A stretch of DNA of 50,386 nt from Gammaproteobacteria bacterium (GCA_029287435.1 JARFRD010000012.1:1-50386), one strand, 5' to 3'; shown: positions 1 through 12,179, counted from the first letter of the stretch. Made by a program: numbers and translations. The notes: generated from the sequence alone by a model not told the origin.

Positions 1-998
<998 letters not shown>

Positions 999-1021
999 CT
1001 ATGTATTGTGGAGCACTTGCC

Positions 1022-1312
1022 TCAGGCAGCCAGTACACCCAGGATGTCTTCTTCTTTCATGATCAGGACATCTTCACCGTCGACCTTGATCTCAGTACCT
1101 GAGTACTTGCCGAACAGAATCTGATCGCCTACTTTGACATCCAGTGCGCGAACTTCGCCGCTGTCAGTTACCTTGCCATTGCCAACTGCAACAACTTCAC
1201 CTTTCTGTGGCTTTTCAGCTGCAGAATCAGGAATGACGATGCCACCGGCGCTGGTGCGCTCTTCTTCCATACGTTTGACCACAACACGGTCGTGTAACGG
1301 ACGTATATTCAT
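1022..1312 (-). CDS. groES: Co-chaperonin GroES
   Basis: [14 protein letters not shown] start, mobile loop [25 protein letters not shown]; directly upstream of groEL. Confidence 0.99.
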   Translation of the reverse strand: MNIRPLHDRVVVKRMEEERTSAGGIVIPDSAAEKPQKGEVVAVGNGKVTDSGEVRALDVKVGDQILFGKYSGTEIKVDGEDVLIMKEEDILGVLAA

Positions 1313-1333
1313 TGATTTTAATCCTCTTGATGA

Positions 1334-1360
1334 TTAGCACTCTAACTAAGTGAGTGCTAA
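1334..1360. promoter_or_regulatory. CIRCE operator (HrcA site) in the groES leader
   Basis: Exact consensus TTAGCACTC (1334-1342), 9-nt spacer, GAGTGCTAA (1352-1360), between promoter and groES RBS. Confidence 0.95.
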
Positions 1361-1424
1361 TAATAATGACGAAAGTACCAGAGTCAAGGCATTCTCGGGC
1401 CTATTCTCCTGAGTGTTGCTAAAA

Positions 1425-1450
1425 ATGGGGACAGGTTTCGGGTTTACAAG
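1425..1450 (-). promoter_or_regulatory. sigma32 (RpoH)-type promoter of groESL
   Basis: Minus strand reads CTTGTA-N14-CCCCAT versus consensus CTTGAA-N13-17-CCCCAT. Confidence 0.8.
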
Positions 1451-1506
1451 GGCCAGCAGCGAAAAATATCTGGCGAGACAATCACTCCGGTCATTACAAG
1501 CATGGA

Positions 1507-1986
1507 TCAGTACTTGTCTTTGCGTTGAAATTCACCCTCGATGGTGCGCCCACCGGAGCGGGAGCCACCTTGCGAAGGCCCGCCCTGGTGCGGGTGGTGG
1601 CGATAATTCTGGCTGTTATAGGTCGACCCAACCATGACCGAGCGCGCCATCAGGTATCGAATCATGGCCCGGCGTGTAGCCGGAATCAGGCACAAAAAAC
1701 CAAGCGTATCGGTGATGAATCCGGGTGTGATCAACAGGGCTCCGCCGACAGCAAGTGCCATGCCTTCCATCATCTCCATCGCTGGCATGGTACCCATTGC
1801 CATGCTGTTACGCGCCCGGTTCAGCGTGCTCAAACCCTGAATTCGCAGCAGGCTCACGCCGATAACCGCGGTGAGTACAACCAGCAATACGGTCCACAGG
1901 GCGCCGATCATGCTGCCAATTTCGATAATCAGGTACAACTCAACCAGAGGTACCACGATAAAAAGAATGGGCCAATTTCGTAACAT
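1507..1986 (-). CDS. fxsA: FxsA family membrane protein
   Basis: PLVELYLIIEIG, GALLITPGFITDTLG and C-terminal TIEGEF motifs; conserved position upstream of groES. Confidence 0.93.
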   Translation of the reverse strand: MLRNWPILFIVVPLVELYLIIEIGSMIGALWTVLLVVLTAVIGVSLLRIQGLSTLNRARNSMAMGTMPAMEMMEGMALAVGGALLITPGFITDTLGFLCLIPATRRAMIRYLMARSVMVGSTYNSQNYRHHPHQGGPSQGGSRSGGRTIEGEFQRKDKY

Positions 1987-2127
1987 TATGATTTCACTTT
2001 AATAATTCAGTTGTTAATATTCGCGTTCTGATGCCGACGGTTACAGAATCACTGACTGTCTGAACCGTACAGCATAATTGAGTCTAATGATCCATAATAT
2101 CTGTCACGATCACACAAAACGAATCCT

Positions 2128-3960
2128 ATGTCTAAAAAACTGCTGGCTTTACTCCTTGCCTTTCTTACTCTTGCGGCGCTACCCGCTGCGCACGCTGCCG
2201 ATGATCTGTTCAGCGACCTGGGCCTGGGAGGCGATGATGACATCCTGGAAGTCGATGATGCTTTCAAACTTGAAACCGGTATCGAGGACGACCGTTTTGT
2301 CGCGCGTTGGGTTATTGCCGATGGCCATTACCTCTACCGTAACAAGATGGATATTATCTCTGACGACAAGTCACTGAATACGTTCCCGCTTCAGCTGACT
2401 CCGGGTGAAGAAAAATACGATCCCATCTTTAACAAGATGCTATTCGTGTATCATCATGATGCCGAAGTTGCATTGCCCTTCTCTAATGAAGATGGGGGCA
2501 AACAGGTTACTTTCAAGGTCAAATACCAGGGTTGCTCAGAAATCTCCGGCATCTGTTATCCACCGCAATCGCGCGATATCAGCGTGCGCCTGCCGGTAGT
2601 GATTGCATCGGCAGCAGCTGACAGTGGCGATACAGCAACGCAGCAAACGGTTTCCGAGCAGGACCAGATTGCCAACACGCTGAAACAGGGTGATACATGG
2701 ATTACCTTGCTGGTGTTTTTCGGCGCCGGCTTGCTGCTTGCGCTTACCCCCTGCGTATTCCCGATGATACCGATCCTCATGGGCATCATTGTTGGTCAGG
2801 GTGAAAACCAGACTGTAAGAAGCTCTTTCATGCTGTCGCTGGTTTATGTCCTCGCCATGGCACTGACCTATACCGTGGTCGGTATCCTGGTCGGCCTGTC
2901 TGGTGAGAATATACAGGCATGGTTCCAGAATCCGTGGATCATCAGTGCCTTTGTTGCCATTTTCATTGCGCTTTCTTTCTCCATGTTCGGTTTCTATGAA
3001 CTGCAGATGCCCGCTTCAATCCAGAGCAAGCTAACCGAAATCAGCAACAGCCAGCAAGGCGGTACACTTGCGGGTGTGGCGATCATGGGACTGCTCTCGG
3101 CACTCATCGTCGGTCCCTGTGTTACTGCCCCCCTGGTCGGTGCGTTGATATATATCGCCGAAACCGGTGATGCAGTCCTCGGTGGACTGGCCCTGTTCTC
3201 GCTGAGTATGGGCATGGGCGCACCGCTGCTCGCCATTGGCGCATCGGCCGGCAAGGTATTACCAAAAGCCGGTCCCTGGATGGATGCAGTTAAAGCCGTG
3301 TTTGGCGTGCTGTTGCTGGCACTGGGTATCTGGATGCTCGAGCGTGTAGCACCGGCGGCGTTGACCATGGCGCTGTGGGCAGCACTGCTTATCGTTTCGG
3401 CTGTTTATATGGGCGCTATCGACAGCTTAGCCGAAGGCGCATCTGGCTGGCGCAAACTCTGGAAAGGTACGGGCCTGTTATTACTGGTCTACGGCATCGT
3501 GTTAATCATCGGACTGGCTGCCGGTGGTCGCGATGTCTTCAATCCACTCAAGGGGCTTTCGCTAGGTGGTGGCACACAGCATGAACAGACCTCGCATTTG
3601 CCGTTCAAGCAAATCAAGGGTGTTGAAGGTCTCGATGCTGCACTGGCAGAAGCCAAAGCCAGGGGTAAAACCGTAATGCTGGATTTCTATGCCGACTGGT
3701 GTATTTCCTGCAAGGAAATGGAGGCCTTTACTTTTACTGATCCTGCGGTTCAGGCCGCGCTTGCAGACACGGTCCTGTTGCAGGCTGATGTCACCCCTAA
3801 TGATGAAAAAGACAAGGCACTTTACAAGCGCTTCGGTATTATCGGCCCACCTTCAATTATGTTCTTTGACACTGACGGAAAAGAGCGCAAGAATTTTCGT
3901 GTTGTCGGATTTGTGCCTGCTGATGAATTTGCACAGCAAGTTAGGCGCGCTTTGAAATAA
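2128..3960 (+). CDS. dsbD: Protein-disulfide reductase DsbD (DipZ)
   Basis: Signal peptide; N-domain QGC...ICYPP; membrane-domain LTPCVFPM and VGPCVTAP; C-terminal thioredoxin WCISCK. Confidence 0.97.
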   Translation: MSKKLLALLLAFLTLAALPAAHAADDLFSDLGLGGDDDILEVDDAFKLETGIEDDRFVARWVIADGHYLYRNKMDIISDDKSLNTFPLQLTPGEEKYDPIFNKMLFVYHHDAEVALPFSNEDGGKQVTFKVKYQGCSEISGICYPPQSRDISVRLPVVIASAAADSGDTATQQTVSEQDQIANTLKQGDTWITLLVFFGAGLLLALTPCVFPMIPILMGIIVGQGENQTVRSSFMLSLVYVLAMALTYTVVGILVGLSGENIQAWFQNPWIISAFVAIFIALSFSMFGFYELQMPASIQSKLTEISNSQQGGTLAGVAIMGLLSALIVGPCVTAPLVGALIYIAETGDAVLGGLALFSLSMGMGAPLLAIGASAGKVLPKAGPWMDAVKAVFGVLLLALGIWMLERVAPAALTMALWAALLIVSAVYMGAIDSLAEGASGWRKLWKGTGLLLLVYGIVLIIGLAAGGRDVFNPLKGLSLGGGTQHEQTSHLPFKQIKGVEGLDAALAEAKARGKTVMLDFYADWCISCKEMEAFTFTDPAVQAALADTVLLQADVTPNDEKDKALYKRFGIIGPPSIMFFDTDGKERKNFRVVGFVPADEFAQQVRRALK

Positions 3961-3985
3961 TCACTCCGTTATCACCCAAAGCCCA

Positions 3986-4528
3986 ATGAAAAACACAGCT
4001 ATTTTCATCATTGCGATGGTTGTGGCCGCCGCAGCTGGTTATGGCCTGCAGCAAATGATCTCGTCTGATACACCCATGCCACGACAACAACAGTCGGAGG
4101 TGATCGGCACCAAGCGACCGGAATTCGCCATGATCGATATCCATGGTCAGCTGCGTAATATCAAGGACTTTGATGGCCAGGTAATCCTGCTGAATTTCTG
4201 GGCCACCTGGTGCCCACCCTGTCTCAAGGAAATACCGGACTTTATCGAAGTGCAGGAAGAATTCGCCGACAACGGATTCCAGATTGTCGGCGTTGCTGTT
4301 GAAAACGAGGAAGATGTAAAACACTTTGCCGAAGAGATGGGCATGAACTACCCGGTGATGGCTGGTGAAATGGAAGCCATCGAACTGGCAAGACGCTATG
4401 GTAATAGCATGGGAGCCCTCCCGTTCAGCGCAATTATCGACCAATCCGGCACAATTACCCACACGTTTACCGGTGAACTCAGTAAATCCCGCCTGAAAGC
4501 CATACTTAAAGACCTGGATATAGGTTAA
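3986..4528 (+). CDS. TlpA/ResA-family membrane-anchored thiol-disulfide oxidoreductase
   Basis: N-terminal hydrophobic anchor; LLNFWATWCPPCLKEIP; follows dsbD. Confidence 0.92.
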   Translation: MKNTAIFIIAMVVAAAAGYGLQQMISSDTPMPRQQQSEVIGTKRPEFAMIDIHGQLRNIKDFDGQVILLNFWATWCPPCLKEIPDFIEVQEEFADNGFQIVGVAVENEEDVKHFAEEMGMNYPVMAGEMEAIELARRYGNSMGALPFSAIIDQSGTITHTFTGELSKSRLKAILKDLDIG

Positions 4529-4582
4529 TAAATCAGACGCTTATCGAAATATTGCATTTTCGCTACCATTTCACCGAAGAAG

Positions 4583-4611
4583 TAGACAAATACTCCGATT
4601 TTATGCACAAT
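4583..4611 (+). promoter_or_regulatory. Putative sigma70 promoter of aroQ-accB-accC
   Basis: TAGACA-N17-CACAAT, 39 nt upstream of the aroQ ATG. Confidence 0.4.
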
Positions 4612-4650
4612 CGCATGTATAACTTCTGCAGCTGAATAAAAATATTATAA

Positions 4651-5094
4651 ATGGCTGATCTGCTCATAATTAATGGCCCAAACCTGAACTTGCTTGGCAC
4701 CCGGGAACCGGAGCATTACGGTACCGACACCCTGGACAGCATTAATCAGCGCCTCGCAGACCAGGCCAGGGATGCCGGTTTCAGTCTTGAATCGGTACAA
4801 AGCAATGCCGAAGTTGAACTGATTGAATATGTTCACAAAGCCGGAAAAGACGGAGTTCGCTTCATCATCATTAACCCGGCGGCATTTACCCACACCAGTG
4901 TCGCGCTTCGCGATGCCATCAGTGGCGTCAATATTCCGTTTATAGAAGTGCATTTATCCAACGTACATGCACGTGAAGCATTTCGTGAACATTCTTATTT
5001 TTCTGATATTGCAATGGGCACCATTTCAGGTCTCGGTGCTCTCGGGTATGAGCTTGCGCTGCAAGCCGCCTTACAACATTTACAAAAAGGTTGA
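4651..5094 (+). CDS. aroQ: Type II 3-dehydroquinate dehydratase
   Basis: [28 protein letters not shown] and [11 protein letters not shown] motifs; aroQ-accB-accC synteny. Confidence 0.98.
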   Translation: MADLLIINGPNLNLLGTREPEHYGTDTLDSINQRLADQARDAGFSLESVQSNAEVELIEYVHKAGKDGVRFIIINPAAFTHTSVALRDAISGVNIPFIEVHLSNVHAREAFREHSYFSDIAMGTISGLGALGYELALQAALQHLQKG

Positions 5095-5099
5095 TCCTG

Positions 5100-5564
5100 A
5101 TGGATATACGCAAAGTAAAAAAATTAATCGAACTGCTGGAAGAATCCGGCATTTCAGAACTTGAAATCAACGAGGGTGAAGAATCGGTGCGCATCTCGAA
5201 GCATCCGACCGGCAGCGCTGCTCCGATAAGTTACATGCCAGCACCAGCGGCTGCACCTGCACCAGCTGCTGCTCCAGCCGCCCCGGCGGATGCAGCTGCC
5301 GAAGAAGGCGGAGGCGACAACGTACCAAGTGGTCATGCCGTGACTTCTCCAATGGTCGGCACTTACTACAGCGCACCTTCTCCGGGTGCAAAACCCTTCG
5401 TCAGCGTTGGCGACAGCGTTAATGAAGGCGATACTGTGTGTATTATTGAGGCCATGAAAATTCTTAACCAGATTGAAGCCGATGCCTCCGGTACCGTTAA
5501 AGCTGTACTGGTCGACAATGCGCAACCCGTTGAATTCGGTCAGCCCCTGATTATCATCGAGTAA
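5100..5564 (+). CDS. accB: Acetyl-CoA carboxylase biotin carboxyl carrier protein
   Basis: [13 protein letters not shown] start (ATG at 5100 preferred over TTG at 5091), Ala/Pro linker, EAMK biotinylation motif. Confidence 0.98.
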   Translation: MDIRKVKKLIELLEESGISELEINEGEESVRISKHPTGSAAPISYMPAPAAAPAPAAAPAAPADAAAEEGGGDNVPSGHAVTSPMVGTYYSAPSPGAKPFVSVGDSVNEGDTVCIIEAMKILNQIEADASGTVKAVLVDNAQPVEFGQPLIIIE

Positions 5565-5575
5565 CTGGTCCAGTT

Positions 5576-6916
5576 ATGTTAGATAAAGTCGTTATCGCAA
5601 ATCGTGGCGAAATTGCGCTACGAATCCTGCGGGCCTGTCGTGAACTCGGTATCAAAACCGTTGCCGTTCATTCCGAAGCAGACCGTGAGCTTAAACATGT
5701 GCGCCTGGCTGATGAATCTGTCTGCATAGGACCTGCACCTTCCGATCAAAGTTACCTGAACGTACCTGCGATTATCAGCGCTGCCGAATTAACTGATGCT
5801 GTAGGCATTCATCCAGGATATGGATTTCTCTCCGAGAATGCTGATTTTGCTGAACGCGTTGAAGACAGCGGCTTTGTATTTATTGGCCCTACGCCTGAAT
5901 CAATTCGCACCATGGGTGACAAGGTAGAAGCTATCCGGGCGATGAAAAAAGCCGGCGTACCCTGTGTACCAGGATCTGACGGCCCACTCGGTGATGACAG
6001 CGAAACCAATATCAAGCTGGCTGAAAAAATTGGTTACCCGATTATTATCAAGGCCGCAGGCGGTGGCGGTGGTCGCGGTATGCGCGTCGTACACTCCGAG
6101 GCTACCTTGCTTAACTCAATTGCATTAACCAAGCAGGAAGCTGGCGCCAATTTTGGTAATGATATGGTGTACATGGAGAAATTCCTCGAGACACCTCGCC
6201 ATATTGAAATCCAGATACTATCTGATGGCCAGGGTAATGCCATACACCTGGGTGAACGCGATTGCTCGATGCAGCGTCGCCATCAGAAAGTTGTTGAAGA
6301 AGCACCCGCGCCTGGCATTACTGAAGAAATGCGCGCTCAAATTGGTCAACGCTGTGTCGATGCCTGCATCCAGCTGAACTACCGTGGTGCTGGCACCTTT
6401 GAATTCCTGTTCCAGGACGGTGAGTTTTACTTCATCGAAATGAATACCCGTGTACAGGTAGAGCACCCCGTCACAGAAATGATAACGGGTGTTGACATCA
6501 TTAAAGAACAATTGCGTATCGCCTCGGGCGAACCACTTAACATTAAACAAAGTGATATCGAAATCCGCGGACATGCCATTGAGTGTCGTATCAATGCAGA
6601 AGATGCCAAAACCTTCATGCCCTCACCCGGCAAGATTGATCGTTACCACCCACCCGGTGGCCCCGGCATTCGTATCGATACACACATTTACGGCGGCTAT
6701 ACCGTACCACCGCATTATGACTCAATGATCGGCAAGCTGATTGCGTATGGCTGTAACCGTGAAGTTGCGATTGCACGTATGCAGGGTGCGTTGTCAGAGA
6801 TCGATATCAAGGGCATTCGCACCAATATTGATTTACATCGCGATATTCTTGCCGACTCGGCATTCCAGGCAGGTGGTACCAACATTCACTACCTGGAAAA
6901 GAAACTGGGTCTTTAG
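5576..6916 (+). CDS. accC: Acetyl-CoA carboxylase biotin carboxylase subunit
   Basis: [29 protein letters not shown] and [10 protein letters not shown] motifs. Confidence 0.99.
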   Translation: MLDKVVIANRGEIALRILRACRELGIKTVAVHSEADRELKHVRLADESVCIGPAPSDQSYLNVPAIISAAELTDAVGIHPGYGFLSENADFAERVEDSGFVFIGPTPESIRTMGDKVEAIRAMKKAGVPCVPGSDGPLGDDSETNIKLAEKIGYPIIIKAAGGGGGRGMRVVHSEATLLNSIALTKQEAGANFGNDMVYMEKFLETPRHIEIQILSDGQGNAIHLGERDCSMQRRHQKVVEEAPAPGITEEMRAQIGQRCVDACIQLNYRGAGTFEFLFQDGEFYFIEMNTRVQVEHPVTEMITGVDIIKEQLRIASGEPLNIKQSDIEIRGHAIECRINAEDAKTFMPSPGKIDRYHPPGGPGIRIDTHIYGGYTVPPHYDSMIGKLIAYGCNREVAIARMQGALSEIDIKGIRTNIDLHRDILADSAFQAGGTNIHYLEKKLGL

Positions 6917-6962
6917 CGCATTACAGCTAAATGCATAAAATCCATAGCTTTGTATATTTGAT

Positions 6963-6990
6963 TGCCCCCTGTTAACAGGGGGCATTTTCT
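6963..6990 (+). terminator. Intrinsic terminator after accC
   Basis: Perfect 22-bp palindrome TGCCCCCTGTTAACAGGGGGCA followed by TTTTCT. Confidence 0.8.
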
Positions 6991-7017
6991 TTATGACTGA
7001 TTAGTCAGCTAACAGAA

Positions 7018-7302
7018 CTAGGCATTCGGCTTCTGTTTATCAGAATTCCACTCATCAATGCTGACGTTTCCAGACTCTTCCTTCAGCGTAAAATCCAGCC
7101 CAACACACATGTCCGGGTATTTAGAACGTATCTCCCGGCAGATTTCTTTGGCTTCTTCGCTGGATTGCATCATTGCGAGATTACGCACCAGTTTGCGCAT
7201 CTTCAATTCTGTCGAACTCTGGCTTCTGGCTAACAGAATCACAACAACAATAATGACCACAACCACAGCTATTGCTGCAACAGTTAAATTGTCATAAGAC
7301 AT
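7018..7302 (-). CDS. Small membrane-anchored protein with an XkdW-like C-terminal domain
   Basis: 94 aa; hydrophobic helix at about residues 7-25; C-terminal KYP-x6-DF-x-L-x8-I-x2-WN-x5-P matches the recalled B. subtilis XkdW pattern without gaps. Confidence 0.7.
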   Translation of the reverse strand: MSYDNLTVAAIAVVVVIIVVVILLARSQSSTELKMRKLVRNLAMMQSSEEAKEICREIRSKYPDMCVGLDFTLKEESGNVSIDEWNSDKQKPNA

Positions 7303-7418
7303 GGTACAAATCCTTACCTATAATTATTCATAGTCGTTATTTTTACTGATACTGGCATCGCACGGTAAGCCTGATTGAAATCAGGTGAGCGAATCTGTTC
7401 TCGATATACCATCAGGTA

Positions 7419-8291
7419 TCACAGGCGTTTAACGTCATAACCGGAATCTTCCAGCAAACGGAGTATGCCTTTTTCCCCAACAAAATGTCCGGCACCAATG
7501 ACAACAAAATAGCTGCCTTTTTCCTGCAGTAATTCCCTGATGCGCTGACTCATATTTTCATTACGTTCGTAGAATAGACGATCGTAAATATCTTCATATG
7601 AAGGATATTGGCTCAAGGTATCCTCGAACAGTATCTTCTCGAGCAGTACCATGTCACCAAGTTTCCAGCTGCGCACAATATCAGCCATGAGTATATCCGC
7701 CTGCTCAAGCGAATGTAGCGTTTCCCGCAACAGCAGGTCGCCGTCAGGAATGCTCAAAAAAATATCTATCTGCTGTTCGATGGTTTCCAGTTCTATAATA
7801 TCTTTGTTCTGACGCGCGCGTTTCAGAAAATAAAGATCGATACCCATCTCGGGCATAAAGCCCATTTTCAGCAACTGCACCGAAGTCAGGGTGAGTACAA
7901 TAATGCCGGGTTTATGACGGTTTACATATTCCAGTGGTAGCCCCAGCAATTCCAGGTGATGAAGCAGGCTTTGATAGGTTTCGGCAGACACGTGTTGTTC
8001 AATAGTTTCTTTACCCGGATACGTACCTTGTTCATTAATCAGATCCTGGTAGGTTTTTGCCATGGCTTCATCAATTGCGATCTCTACCACAAGCTTATCT
8101 GATGCTTCGAATGCCTTCTCAATCGCCGGTCTCAAAGGATAAAAGCCGGGGTCCGCATAATGAATTGAACCAAGCAGGTAAACCGTGGCCGATTCCGACT
8201 CCACTTGCCAGAAAAACGCTTTATCGTTTTCTGCATAACTGAGCGGTGTTAGCAGTAGATAGAAACTAACGATTAAAATCCATCTACTCAT
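7419..8291 (-). CDS. TraB/GumN family exported protein
   Basis: Signal peptide ending LSYA; YLLGSIHY, GIDLYF, LETIEQQ, ERN and VIGAGH motifs; ATGA overlap with the rsmI stop. Confidence 0.92.
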   Translation of the reverse strand: MSRWILIVSFYLLLTPLSYAENDKAFFWQVESESATVYLLGSIHYADPGFYPLRPAIEKAFEASDKLVVEIAIDEAMAKTYQDLINEQGTYPGKETIEQHVSAETYQSLLHHLELLGLPLEYVNRHKPGIIVLTLTSVQLLKMGFMPEMGIDLYFLKRARQNKDIIELETIEQQIDIFLSIPDGDLLLRETLHSLEQADILMADIVRSWKLGDMVLLEKILFEDTLSQYPSYEDIYDRLFYERNENMSQRIRELLQEKGSYFVVIGAGHFVGEKGILRLLEDSGYDVKRL

Positions 8292-9148
8292 TTACTGTTA
8301 CTCTTTAGCTTCAATGCCTGTTTATACAGTTTATTCTTGTTTACACCCGTTACCTGTGATGCGATCTTTGCTGCCTGTTTTACGGGCAATTCTTTTACCA
8401 GGGCCGGCAGCAATTTTGCCAGCAACATTGCATCGCCTTCATTCGATGTTTCTGCGCCTTCAACCAGCAACACAATTTCGCCTTTTTGCTGATTACTGTC
8501 CTGCTCAACCCAGTCAGCGAGTTCACCAAGACTATATTTCCTGATGGTTTCAAATGTTTTAGTTAACTCTCGAGCCAACACCGCCTGTCGTTCGCTACCA
8601 AATACAGAAACCATATCTTTCAGGCTCAAAACAATACGATGACAGGATTCATAGAACACCAGGGTACGTTGTTCATCTTTAAGTGAATCCAGGTGTCGCA
8701 CTCTTGCTCCCTGCTTTGCCGGTAAAAAACCTTCAAATACAAAGCGGTCTGTGGGCAACCCTGATGCACTCAATGCCGCAATTGCTGCACAGGCACCGGG
8801 TATCGGTATCACGCGAACACCACGCTCCAGGGCCGCGCTCACCAGGCGGTAGCCCGGATCACTAACCAGGGGTGTACCTGCATCTGAAACCAGCGCGATT
8901 GATTCTCCTTCAGCCAGCATCTTGAGTAAAACCGGCGTCTGTTGCTCTTCGTTATGCTCATGGTAAGCGATCAGGCGTGTGTTGATTGCAAAATGCTGCA
9001 ACAGGTGTCGGCTGTGCCGTGTATCTTCAGCGGCGACGACATTCACCGACTGCAAAACATCCAGGGCGCGGGAACTTATATCCCCAAGATTGCCTATAGG
9101 TGTAGCGACCAGGTAAAGCGCTGATGAGTTATCTGCTTGAGTTGACAC
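8288..9148 (-). CDS. rsmI: 16S rRNA (cytidine1402-2'-O)-methyltransferase
   Basis: LYLVATPIGNLGDIS, AAEDTRH and SDAGTPLVSDPG motifs. GTG at 9148 is the likelier start; the ORF track extends to 9208. Confidence 0.97.
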   Translation of the reverse strand: MSTQADNSSALYLVATPIGNLGDISSRALDVLQSVNVVAAEDTRHSRHLLQHFAINTRLIAYHEHNEEQQTPVLLKMLAEGESIALVSDAGTPLVSDPGYRLVSAALERGVRVIPIPGACAAIAALSASGLPTDRFVFEGFLPAKQGARVRHLDSLKDEQRTLVFYESCHRIVLSLKDMVSVFGSERQAVLARELTKTFETIRKYSLGELADWVEQDSNQQKGEIVLLVEGAETSNEGDAMLLAKLLPALVKELPVKQAAKIASQVTGVNKNKLYKQALKLKSNSK

Positions 9149-9263
9149 ATTTTGTCCCGAGAATTGTACTTTCTGCCCGTAAGGCAGGCGGGCTGTTGTA
9201 GAATACACGCAGGCCGAGGCCCATATACTCTAACTTATTGATTAATTTGTCCAGACTGAAATT

Positions 9264-11127
9264 TTGAATTCTTCAAGGCCCCTCTTTTTTCTTAGCTGTT
9301 TGATCCTGATTAGCGCCTGTACCACACCCGGTCAGGACAAGAGCGTCGACGATATGATCACCGATGCCGTGCGCAATCAGCCAACGGATCCGGTGGATGC
9401 CGGGGACGAATTAACCGCCGAACATTACATCGGCCTTGCCACCGAAAGCACAGGTAAACAGCGCGAACAATACCTGCTGAAGGCTGCCGAGCTTCTGTAT
9501 CAACGCGGCGACCTCAGCCAGGCCCAAAGCCAGTTGCAAAACCTGGATTCTGCTTCACTCGCCAGAAGCCGCCAGAACCAGATCAACCTGCTTGCTGCCA
9601 AGATCGCGCTTGCCAACGAAAACCCGAGGCAGGCTCTCGAACTGCTACCCGAACTGAACGAGCTTCCGCTTGATCAGTATATTGACGCTCGCGAAATTGA
9701 TGCAGATGCCAGGCTTGCACTGGGTCGCCCCCTCGAGGCTGTACGCATCAGAGATACACTAGACCGGCATCTGGAAACACAAGAGGCACGAGAACAAAAC
9801 CATGAAGCCATCTGGGCAGCTCTGCAACGCACCCCGACCGTGAGCATGCATAAGCAGCCGGATGACAGCCAGTCAGTCAAAGGCTGGATTGAGCTCGCCG
9901 GCATTCTCAGAAATGCACAGATCAACATGAGCCGCATGCAGGACCAGATTCTTGACTGGGGTATGCGTTATCCAGAACACCCGGTCAGCAATGCATTCAT
10001 CGATACACTGTTAAACGAGTACCAGAGCAATTACATCCCTTCTGCAAGCATTGCGATCCTGTTGCCCATGCAGGGCACCTACAAAAATGTAGCTGACGCG
10101 ATCCAGGGTGGCATACTCAGCGCCTGGTACGCTGACTCACGCGTCGACAAGCCATCGTTGCGCTTTTATGACACCAGCGCAGCTGATTCCACTGTCGATG
10201 ACCTGTACCAGAAAGCCTCTCTCGATGGCGCCAACTTCATCATCGGCCCGCTCGATAAAGACAGCATTAACCAGCTTGCCGACAAAAGCATCATAGATAT
10301 ACCCATGCTCACGCTGAACTATGCCGAGAATCCGCGGATTCGCACTGACAACCTGTACCAGTTTGGTCTGCTACCGGAAGATGAAGCCGCACAGGCTGCC
10401 GAACTCGCTATTCGTGATAACCATATGAACGCGGCCGTACTTGTGCCTAACAGTGACTGGGGACGTCGCTTGCATGATGCTTTCAAGAAACGCTATGAAG
10501 AACTGGGCGGCCGTGTACTAACCGTGCAGCAATACCCGACCAATGTGGATGACTATTCACGCCCATTAAGGCTGTTACTGAATCTCGACGAAAGCCAGGC
10601 CCGTCATCAGGACCTGCAACGCATTCTTGGCACGAAACTCGAGTTTGAACCTCACCGACGCCAGGATATAGACATGATTTTTCTCGCAGCAACCCACCGC
10701 TCAGCACGCGGTATCGTGCCTGCACTGAAGTTCTATCGTGCCGGCGAACTCCCGGTATATGCCACTTCTCATGTATATAGCGGGCACATTGATAAAGCCG
10801 CTGACCGCGATCTGAACGGGGTAACTTTCTGTGATTTACCGTGGACATTGACAACAAACAGCCCGTTGAAAGCAGGCTTCAACACCACCTGGAAAGACCA
10901 GCGTGCTTACACACGTCTGTTCGCCCTGGGTATTGATGCCTATCAACTGATTCAAAACCTTTCCTATCTCGAGTCGTATGATTACGCCCGTTTCCCGGGA
11001 GAAACCGGAAATATCTCGCTGGATGAGAACAACCGCCTTCACCGTGAATTACTCTGGGCAAAATTCAAAAAAGGCATCCCTGTTTACATCGACCTCAGCC
11101 TCAGACCTGCACCAACACCCGGGAACC

Positions 11128-11144
<17 letters not shown>
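9264..11144 (+). CDS. lpoA: Penicillin-binding protein activator LpoA (lipoprotein)
   Basis: Lipobox ISAC, TPR-like N-terminal half, IAILLP...G, GPLDK and LFALGIDAY; divergent from rsmI and followed by yraN. Confidence 0.93.
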
Positions 11145-12092
<948 letters not shown>

Positions 12093-12174
12093 AGTTATCA
12101 GTTTCAAGTTGAAAGTTTTAAGTTGAAAATAATTCTGGTGTGCAAGGCGCACAAATAACTTTTAACTTATAACT
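12093..12174. repeat. Heptamer-periodic imperfect palindrome (AGTTnnn x5 / nnnAACT x3)
   Basis: agttatc agtttca agttgaa agtttta agttgaa (12093-12127), central hairpin gtgtgc-aag-gcgcac, then aataact tttaact tataact (12154-12174); between convergent gmhA and sspB. Confidence 0.8.
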
Positions 12175-12179
12175 CGCTG

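Noticed and set aside
2062-2087. sigmaE-like GAACCG...TCTAA upstream of dsbD
   Set aside because: The -35 is degenerate and spacing is 15 rather than 16; too weak to call.
5225-5305. Ala/Pro tandem-like repeats in accB (and in the aceF and lpdA linkers)
   Set aside because: Ordinary flexible linkers of biotin- and lipoyl-carrier proteins.
7370-7385. CCTGAT-N4-ATCAGG palindrome resembling an FNR/CRP-family site
   Set aside because: Deviates from TTGAT-N4-ATCAA, has no good -10 at the expected distance, and could be a hairpin after the TraB stop.
7303-7418. Expected RNase P RNA near rsmI
   Set aside because: No GAGGAAAGTCC signature seen on either strand in the nearby intergenic DNA, and too little space.
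10978-11127. N-terminal extensions of the yraN, hsp20 (18580) and hpf (32265) ORFs
   Set aside because: They overlap upstream genes or promoters; family homology begins at downstream ATGs.
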